Positions 50,065 through 59,500 of a stretch of 64,000 nucleotides of DNA are shown here, piece after piece (position 1 is the first letter of the stretch; each line of letters starts with the position of its first letter). The translations under genes were made by a program, and so were the position numbers. The stretch is from Pyrobaculum sp. (GTDB taxonomy: Archaea > Thermoproteota > Thermoprotei > Thermoproteales > Thermoproteaceae): NCBI GenBank assembly GCA_046293555.1, contig JBKBOT010000007.1, positions 1 to 64,000 of the forward strand, given 5' to 3'. Under the pieces are notes generated by a model. The model had not been told where the DNA came from. It saw only the letters and a list, made by a program, of their open reading frames with translations, and made no database searches.

Positions 50065-53000
50065 CTAGAACCCACGTAGTTTGGCTACCACTAATAGGAG
50101 CGCCAGGGCTAGATATAGAAATGGCTCTACCTGTAACAAGGTCCTGGCTAGAGTTACGCCGGAGGAGTCGCCGGCAGCCAGCTGTCTGTCTACCAGCCAG
50201 CGGCTTGCCACAGAGAGAGGAGTCTTGGCGTTATATACCTCCACCACCTGGCTTACTAGATCCCAACGGCCGGTGGCCACGGCCTTTTCTAGCAGATATG
50301 TGAAATACGGCCTGGCGGCTGGAGAGAGGCTTTTGTTCACCTCCACCGCGGCCAGATATCTATCTGCCGGCACGGCGTAGCCCAGGAAGGTGGTGGCGTT
50401 TGTGATGCCCATATGGCCCGTCTCGGCTGTATAGTTCACAAGGCCCAGCTTGTCGAAACTCCCCACTAACTTCACATTTAACGCCACGTCTTTCAGCCTT
50501 GCGGACGCAGTAAGGCTGCCCACGGCGAATATGGGGAGTCCCTTCAGCTCTCCAAGCTTCTGGTAGCTAAAGGAGATGGCCAGCGAGGCCCACTCCACTG
50601 TGGCTACACGCCTACTGGAGTTGGTGTACACAGAGATGTTGGCGACACATGGCCTCTCTGCCTTTAGAGATATGGTGGAGTTTATGGAGGTTTTCGTGGC
50701 GAGGTTTGTACAGCCGGTTACCTCCACTACGGCGGAGACTCGCCGCGGTGGGTACACCCAGCCGGATACGCGTATGGCCACCTCCCTCCCTATGGGCACC
50801 AGCCTCGGCGTGTCTACAGCCAACCTCACCTGGTACCACGTCACGTATGTCCAGTTGGAGTAAGGCCCTAGGGAGAGAGACACGTTGTAATCCCCCGCCC
50901 CTTTGGGGGAAGGCACCCTTAACGTCACGTTAGCCACACCGCCGGTGATATTTAGAGGTAAAACGCCGCCGTGAGAGGACCTCAGCTCCGACTCTATATA
51001 CAGCTCTGGAGGCGACCTGATTGTCACCGCCAGCTCTGCCGCGTTGCCTATTTCCGCAAAGGCGGGGGGAGCCACTATGTACAACTGAGGCCTTTCTATA
51101 ACCTCTTTCCCAAAGCCGTAGTCTAACACCGCGACGCCTCCTGTCGGCGTAAGAGTCCGGTTGATAACGGCGACGCCGGAGACTCTCTGCCCCATCACTA
51201 TATAGGTATAATTGCCGGGCGTCTCAATTAGCACTTTTACCTCTACAGCCTCAGAGCCGTTACGTATAGACCACCGCCTCAGCTCCACCGCCACCCTTGG
51301 CGGGGGCACAGAGATGTTGTAACTATAGACGCCCAGAGAGGTAGAGATGGCGAAAGCCGCCCGCTGGTGGCTGTAGCCAGCGGCTTTAGGCACCTCCAGC
51401 CGACTTGACTCACAGCCGCCTTTAGGCACCTCTAGCGTTATCTCTCTGCCCTCCACCTCTACGACGTATTTTACATTTACTGCCGGCCTGCATGCATTTA
51501 GCTTTACTTGAAGCACGGCGTCAATTCTCTCCGGGCTGACCACCACCTTTACGGCCGTGATGTTTACCCCAGGGCTGGGCACCAGCTCGTTGAAGTGTTT
51601 CAGCTCTACATCTGCCACGGCGTCTTCTGCGGCGAGAGCCACGCCGCTTCCCACAAGGGTGACCTTAATGAATAGAGTTATGCGGCTTTTGTTAACCACA
51701 GCATATATGGGGGTGGCGTTAGCTATGACCTCAAAGGCCAGCCTCCCTATAGACATCCTATACCGCCACCCCGGCTCAAACTGTAGCGTTAGGCTATGCC
51801 CACCGCCGCTGTAGTAACCCCACCTACTTCCATTTATATAAATCGTGCCGTTATAGTTAGCCTCCACGTCGCCTTTGAGGAAAAGCTCCCCTTGGTAGGT
51901 AAGAGGCCTTGTGTTTATGAGAGAGAGGCGGAGCTCCGGCGTGGGGGCCGGCAGGCTCACCACCGCCGCCACGTAGCCGCTGTAGTTAACCGTGACTACA
52001 TGCGGCAGGGGCCCCACCCCGTATCTCCCCGTATTGTCGCCAAACCAGACGGTAAGCACCCCCGCATTTTTATCCAGGTTGTAATCAAGCCGGTACCGCG
52101 GCTTGTATATAGCTACCCTCCTCTCCACGTCGCCACATCTCACCACCGCCCCCTCTGACCCCTCCTCGGCCTCGAAGGGAAGCCTATAGGCATTTTTTAC
52201 ATAAAACTCGCTCTGGCTAAACTTAAGGCCCTTCGCCGTACATCTTATGGAGAGGGGATTCGGGTTGTTTATAGTGAGGTTTAAAACACCCCGCCCGCCC
52301 GGGCCGAGGTAAAGAACGTCGGGAGATATCTCCACCTCTATTTCTGAAAAGTTGAGCGGCAGGTACCTCCCCTTGTAGTTTAAGACATAGGGCCGGAGAG
52401 AGCCCGAGAAGTTATAAACCCCCACCCCCTCCGAGAGGGGGATCTTGGTGCCGTTTATCTCCACCACGCCGCTTGCCGGCCGGCCCCCCTCCTCTATGTA
52501 TAGCCTTAGGGAGAAAAAGCCGCCGTAGTAAACGCCGTCTAGGAGCTGGATCTTTAAAGTCTTGAACCGGATCTTAAACACGGCTGTGGTGGGGCTAGTG
52601 CCGTTATTCACAATAGCCAGGTAGAGAGTGCCGTTGTCCACAAAAAACTCTCTATTTAGCAACAAGTTGGAAACAACCCCCTTCGCCTCGACCTCCACCA
52701 GCCCCGGCCCGGGTAACTCCACCTTAAAGTAGGCGGCAGAATAGCCGCCAACCTCTTTAGACACCTCGGTGTTGACCTGCAGCGTGTCTCTCTGCGGCTC
52801 GAAGTAGCTTCCCCCCATCCACACGCCCCGCGCGAGGCCGAGTAGGAACTGGACGTAAAGCCTGGCGGCGCCACGCTTGTCGACAGCTTGTAGGACAAAC
52901 CTCCAGTCTGAGGCGTTTTGTATATGCCAAACAAAAGCCGCGCTGTAGTAATACCACTCCTCCTGTAACTCGCCATAGGAGAAGGGGTTTTCGCCATATA

Positions 53001-53424
53001 GCCCTTTCTTAAAGTAGAGACGGGGGAAGTAATAATTTTTGCTGAACACAGCCGCCATGGCTTCCGGCAAGGCCTCGGAGGCCCAGAAGTAGTTGTCAGG
53101 GTAGTCGGTAATTGGTATAAATATGTGGGCCACCTCGTGTGCCACAAGCCTCTTGGTGTAAGACGGGTTGAACTTAATGTCGTAAATACAGCCCGAGGTG
53201 CCGAAGCTAGTTAACCCACCCTCTACAGCGGGGTCGAGATATACCGGATATTTCTGCCCGCCGCAGGGCGGCTGGGGGGTAAGCCCCCTGTCGCGATAGT
53301 ACTGATAAGCCTCTTCAAGAAATTGCCCCAGCTGCCTGTCGTCAGAATGTACCACAAAGTGGTCTGTCTCATATACTGCAAGCAGTAAGGCTGCCGCCAG
53401 CAATGCCAACAACACAACACGCAC
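50065..53424 (-). CDS. Large membrane-anchored secreted protein with a gluzincin-like metallopeptidase domain
   Basis: Signal peptide, VAHEVAH...WASEALPE, beta-rich stalk, C-terminal TM helix. Confidence 0.8.
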   Translation of the reverse strand: MRVVLLALLAAALLLAVYETDHFVVHSDDRQLGQFLEEAYQYYRDRGLTPQPPCGGQKYPVYLDPAVEGGLTSFGTSGCIYDIKFNPSYTKRLVAHEVAHIFIPITDYPDNYFWASEALPEAMAAVFSKNYYFPRLYFKKGLYGENPFSYGELQEEWYYYSAAFVWHIQNASDWRFVLQAVDKRGAARLYVQFLLGLARGVWMGGSYFEPQRDTLQVNTEVSKEVGGYSAAYFKVELPGPGLVEVEAKGVVSNLLLNREFFVDNGTLYLAIVNNGTSPTTAVFKIRFKTLKIQLLDGVYYGGFFSLRLYIEEGGRPASGVVEINGTKIPLSEGVGVYNFSGSLRPYVLNYKGRYLPLNFSEIEVEISPDVLYLGPGGRGVLNLTINNPNPLSIRCTAKGLKFSQSEFYVKNAYRLPFEAEEGSEGAVVRCGDVERRVAIYKPRYRLDYNLDKNAGVLTVWFGDNTGRYGVGPLPHVVTVNYSGYVAAVVSLPAPTPELRLSLINTRPLTYQGELFLKGDVEANYNGTIYINGSRWGYYSGGGHSLTLQFEPGWRYRMSIGRLAFEVIANATPIYAVVNKSRITLFIKVTLVGSGVALAAEDAVADVELKHFNELVPSPGVNITAVKVVVSPERIDAVLQVKLNACRPAVNVKYVVEVEGREITLEVPKGGCESSRLEVPKAAGYSHQRAAFAISTSLGVYSYNISVPPPRVAVELRRWSIRNGSEAVEVKVLIETPGNYTYIVMGQRVSGVAVINRTLTPTGGVAVLDYGFGKEVIERPQLYIVAPPAFAEIGNAAELAVTIRSPPELYIESELRSSHGGVLPLNITGGVANVTLRVPSPKGAGDYNVSLSLGPYSNWTYVTWYQVRLAVDTPRLVPIGREVAIRVSGWVYPPRRVSAVVEVTGCTNLATKTSINSTISLKAERPCVANISVYTNSSRRVATVEWASLAISFSYQKLGELKGLPIFAVGSLTASARLKDVALNVKLVGSFDKLGLVNYTAETGHMGITNATTFLGYAVPADRYLAAVEVNKSLSPAARPYFTYLLEKAVATGRWDLVSQVVEVYNAKTPLSVASRWLVDRQLAAGDSSGVTLARTLLQVEPFLYLALALLLVVAKLRGF

Positions 53425-53509
53425 ATACCTCCCATATAGCTACTAAAAATACATAACTATCATAACTCAAACCAGAGAAAAGCTTAAAAACTGCAATAAT
53501 CTCAAGATT

Positions 53510-56500
53510 ATGCATAACCCAACCAAAACGCTACTACTACTAACAATACTAGCACTGACGGCAGTGGCATATGCCCAGTCACAAGGCCCCGGCGTGGGGG
53601 TGCCAGTGGGCATAGATATCCTCATGCAGATAAACGACGCCAGAGGTGCCCCCACCGGCTACGAGCTATGTACCCCCTGGCCTAAAGGCTTAAATCACAC
53701 CAGGCCCTACTCCTTCGCCGCCGGCAAGAACTTCACATTAATCATTAGGGAAATAGCCACAGATAGGAAGTACCCTGATGCCTTTAGAGACCTCCGCATC
53801 AGCGCGGTGGCTAACGGCACCGGCTTTGTGAGGTTCTCCTATACAACAACGGGCATAGATCCCACCAAAGCTACCAAATGGTATGTGGCTATTGTGGTAG
53901 AATGGCCAGCCAAGGGCTATTACTTCCTGGTATACAACGAGACTTTTGATCAAATTTCACTTCTAGATCTACAATACAGGCTCTCCGGCAACCCAGAGGG
54001 GAGCGGTGTAGAGTTCAGAACAGGGCCTTGGGGCGTGTTGACTTTAAAACATGGCAGCGGCAATTTCGGCAACCTTTCCTCTAGTGTTATCCACACCTTC
54101 TATGTGGGTGTAGATACGTTGGGCAAGCAGTATGACCTCACTTTCACTAGGACGGTCACAATTGCCGGCAAGACTTTCACACTTGACGACGCCGTCGCGC
54201 CTAGGAAAGGGCCTACGGACTATGTAAAGGGCATAGATCCCCGGGTCACGGCGGTGTTTGGCCCCTTCACATATCTCGGCACTTATATCACCAGCTTTGG
54301 CGACCCCGGCAAGGCTAACATCCAGGTAGATAACACCAAGGTAAAACTCAATCACTACATCCACGTGACAATTGAGGGCTACAGGGCTGTAATTATTCAG
54401 AGCGAAAACAAGATCTTTACTACAGACACTGTGGCGCCCAACTTAAGGCACTTCGCAATTACGTTAAACATGACTACTACCAAGAGGGCGATGTCTTGCG
54501 GCTTGATCATCTGGAATATCACTGCCTATACGTTTAAGGTCACAGGCCTTTATGACCTTAAGGGCAACCCCATATTCAATCCGGAGGCCTTTAGGTTTAA
54601 ACTCCAGGCCAGAGTGGGCGATAGGTGGCTTACCTTAGATAGAGTGCAGGGCGCGTGGCGTACAGACATACCTAGCGTCGTTAGTGTCATTATGGAGGTA
54701 TGTGGCTTCGACTCTGCAAACGATATTACTCCTGCCAACTTGTTGCAATGCTACAGGAATTTGGGCAAGGAGGGGTTTGCAAATGCGGTGTTTAGCCTAT
54801 ATGAGCCCGTAGTTTTGACGCGGCTGGCTTCTGTCAAACTGGTAGACGACGGAACGCCAGAGGTAAGCCCACAGGGCTTCCCCACCAAGCTTGTAGTGGA
54901 GTATGTCTACTACGAGGGGTCCAATGTGGTAAATGCCTTGGTGTTAGAGGCGCCGCTTGCCGCTGCGGTTAATTATGAAGGCCGTCTGACTGTCTCCATA
55001 TTGCCCATTCAGATCAAGTTATGGCGTTGGGGTAACGCCACGTTGCCGCTAGGCGAGAGGCAGTATTTCTACACGGACCCGCTTGACTTGGCCTCGCTGA
55101 AGTTTGTGGCGCAGGGCGACACCATGTATGTCGCCAAGGTGGGGACAGAGGCCGTCTCGCTAGACCCGTGGACTGGCCAGGCCGTGTGGGTGCTGCCGCC
55201 ATACCAACTGGTGCCCGGGCTTGTGGGTAACGTCAAGGCGACACTATTAGTGGGCTTTAACGCCAGCGGCTATCTGCCAATGCCCACACTTGTGGCCAAC
55301 CTGACCGACGACGGCAAGATAAAGTACTTCAACGAGACAGATGTGGCTGAGAACAGTAATTTCTTCGCTAAATACAACATTGCCCTTAGGTCGAGCTATG
55401 AGTACGGCTTTAGGATCTATAAGGACGACGCTTTAGTGGGCACCGCCAACCTTATTGCGTACTACCCGATTGTAAACCAGAGCGGCTTTATCTTCCACAT
55501 ATATGCAAACAAGACGCTAGAGGCGAAATATGGCGAGAAAGAGCGTAAAGATATGTACAACTTAGTTGTCGTAACGCCGGGACGTTTCTACGACCGTGAG
55601 CACGTATTACACATTGCCATAATTAGGGTGTTACAGAACATACTGATTAAAGACGCCTGTGGCAACCCGTTGACAGGCATTAGGGCTGGCGCCTTCTTGA
55701 CGTTAACTATTAACATGAATGGCCGCAACTTGACAATTGCCCGCCTGCCGTTAGGCAGCGAGGTGCCGGTAGATGTGGCAATCCCGATCGACGAGTGGGG
55801 CAATCCCTTAATGGACATCAAGGGCGGTTATATAACTGCGACAGGAGTTGTAAGCTATTTCGGCTATGAGCTCTACGCCGTGGATGACCCCAAGAAGATC
55901 CCGGCCTCTGCCCCGGCGCCGATAAGGATACCCATAAGGCCCGTGGGCGCTGTGGCCAAGCCGGAGATATACATACCGGTGGCCGCCGTCACGTTCTTCG
56001 TCGAGGGCTTTGCCGTCTCTGTGGATTATGACCCGTCTATCGGCGGGCTGATGGGCTTTGTGGTTAGTGTCTCCAGCGTAAAAACTAAGGAGGAAATCGC
56101 CCGGGGCATATCTAATAAAGACGGCTTAGTGTACATCCCAGGTGTGCCTGTAGGCAAGAACGTATCTATAACTATCCGCACTATTGACCCGGGGAAGGAC
56201 AGGAGGTATTCCTACACCTTTGAGCAGAGGGAGAGAGATAACAGCTACGATAAATACGCCAAGGCGCTAGGCCGTACGCCAGCTGACAACGTGTATACAT
56301 TAGGCACTAGAGGGGCTATAGACAGCGGCCTTGTGGTAAATACCACCATACTGGCTGTTGGAGTTGACCAAATATGTGGGAAAAAGAACGTGCCGCTAGG
56401 AGTAGTGGTGTATGACTTAGTGGTCCGTGTATACGACAAGACTGGTAAGTACCTTCTGAGAAGTCAGCCGGTCTACTTTGGCCCATACCCACAGGCAACA

Positions 56501-59500
56501 AGAGCGGTGTTGTTAAACGTCACGTTGTTACTGGCAGATACGACATATCCAGACGCCACGTTGTGGAGAGACTACAATGTAAGAGATTACTATGTCTTGA
56601 CAGACTTCAGGGCTATGGGCATCACCGCCATGAAGTCCATCTATAGGAGTCTAGCCGAGAGATATCTCTCTGAGGCTAAGAAGGCCGCCAAATGTGGCGC
56701 TGTCGGCACGCCAGATTACGCTGCCGCGATTAATGCATACGCGCTTGCCAGCATGGCGGGCTTCGTGGCTGAGACCTCTACTGACCACTTCAACGCCGAG
56801 TTCTTGTTAAGATCTAGACAGCCCAAGTCCTTTGGCCTCAACCTCTGCGAGATGACTGTCGACCAGCTGGCCACAGCCGAGACGGCAAGACTGTTCCTCA
56901 AAGGCCAGAGGCTGAGATTTGTGGTGTGGTACATGGGCCAGAAGGTGTATGACGACTATGTCACCATCACAGGCCCCGAGGTGAGGATATTTACAGATGT
57001 CTACCCGGTCAACATAACTGCCTACACGAAAAGCCTCAGGCTGCCGGTAGACGCCTTTGTGGGCTTCACGCTGACAGACGTCTACCTGGGCTTGGCGTTG
57101 AATAAGACAAACAGCATTTTTGCAAACAAGACGTTGGTACCTCAGTTATTAATGCCATTTGACGCCATGTATAAAAATTACGGCTTAGAGCACCTCCTGA
57201 AAGATGCGCTAGCTAAGACGACGGCTCTCTACAACGTTAATGTCACCACGCCGACTGGGCCAGTATACTACGGCAGTTATGTGCCTATCAACTTCGGCGG
57301 CGACTTTGCCTATCTACCCAACATAATGGTGTGGAGAAATGCTACCCAAGCTGTGTACCAATACACAGTAGTCACAAATATTACCACAACTGTTACAGAG
57401 CCCATAGAGAGTTGTACCGATATGCCGACTTCCGGCAGATTCTCGGTGCCCGCCTTGGGTAACATAACAATTACGTTAAATGGAACCTACATTGAGGTTC
57501 TCTCATTTAGCAATAAGACATATGCTGTGATTATAGCTCATGGCAATAAAACTATGTGGGCAAGTATGAAGGTCAACGGCACTGTTTTAGTTAATGACAC
57601 AATTGTGGGCACTATCAAGCCGGTATATGCAAATAAGTCTATCACGTTGACCATAAAGACGGCTGTCGACGGCTCAATCGCAATGCAATCAGATGATCCC
57701 ACTAAATTAATAATTAAAGTATACGCTGGTAGTGAAAAGGCTAGGATTAACTACATAGCTACAAACATGAGTTGTATTGAAATATCTAAAGTTGTGACGG
57801 TATCTCCCGGTAGGGAGTATGCAGTGACGTTTGACAGGTGGCTGTTGGCACCTGGTGGACAGCTCTATCACGCATTCGGTATGGTGAACCGTGAGGATGT
57901 GTTAGGCGTCTTGACTCACGCCGGCGCCCGTAGGTGTGCAACTCAAGTGGGTGTAGTTGAGCATGAGGAGGACGACGAGTATGTCTACAGGCTGACCCTA
58001 AAGGGCGTCGAGGTGGCGAACTTCCGCACGTTGTTTGTGAGGTTGCCGTGGCGGATTGCTGGCGACGGCAAGGCGTTGGTGAACATCACCGCGGCCTTTA
58101 GGAATAACGGCACGCGTATCGACTCTGTGGTTTATAACTTGACTGAGATCTTGGCTGGGGTTAGGGCGAATGAGGTAAATGTCACGTTGTCGTTGAATTT
58201 CGGCAAGGTGGCTGCCAAGGCTTATGACATCGCCAGAACTGGCGCCGAGGTGGAGTACACCATTAGGTTCTATATGTACAGACCTACAGCAGGTCCGATG
58301 TCTGTATGTGCGATAACCTTGGTGCCGCTTGGCGCTAACTACACCAAGGTCTCTATGTATGAATGTGAGAGGCCCGTGGCGCCCGGCCTGCCGGAGAGGA
58401 TAGACCCAGAGGACGTAATATATGCCCTAGACCCGGCGCTGTCTAACCAGTATGGGTTCAACAAGACGTTTGACACCTACGCCGGCTTCGGCACGCCTAT
58501 AACCTACGTGGTTAAGTCTGGCGACGTCGCCTTGCTGCCAGCTTGGTATGGCAAGACCTCTGTGGCTGGCTCCCGTATCGCCAGGGTATGGATAATTGCG
58601 GCCAACAAGGAGCCGTCTAAGGGCCCCGCCTTGGGCACAGAGTATGAAGTGAGAAATGTTTCTGACTACAAGGGCAAGGTGACTCTACCTGTCTACAAGT
58701 TCTACAAGTATCTAGTGGTGAACTACGTGCCCAACATCTGCAAGGATGGGTGGGTCAGCAGGACCTTCCTAGACGAGTTTGACGGCTCTGGCCGTATTAC
58801 AGGCGTCGGCTTTGGCACAAGCGGCACCAGCACGTTGGTGATTAGTAACTACACTAGGGCGAAGATGTGGAACTCCACCGCCATGTGGCTAGCTGGCGGC
58901 AGGTTCAAGCTGCCCACCGTGGCGCTAGACGCGTTGACCGTCAAGAACGACGCCGACTTCCCGATATATGTAACCTCCCTATTTGTACAGTTCCGCGACT
59001 GGAAGTACGAGGTGCCGATGGATGCAGTGCGGGTTGACGCCAAGACCACTGTAGAAAGGTCGCCGCTTAAGGGCTACGGCTTTGGCAGGACCTACATGTT
59101 TAATATCACAGACGTCTGGGCCTTTAGGCTAGTACAGCCTAACTACAAGTACGGCCTGAAGGTATACCACGGCGGTGTGGTTGACGCCTTGAGGCACTTC
59201 GGGCTGCCTGTAGGCGACATCTTGAAGAAACTAACCCCGCTGACCGCTGAGGCCTTTGTACAGAACGTGTTGTATGCCAGCCATGCCGAGGAGACAAGGT
59301 GGACCTACAGGATTCTATATGGCAAGATTGAGGAGATTACTAGAGGCATGTGGAACGATCTGCGTGTAGATGCCAACGACACTGACTACAAGTACGTCTT
59401 CTCCATGCCCACACTGCCGTTGGTAGAGGTGCGCGACTGGAACGACAGGCCGTTGGCAAACCAGACGGTGGCGCTGTTTGACAGACAGGGCAACGTTTAT

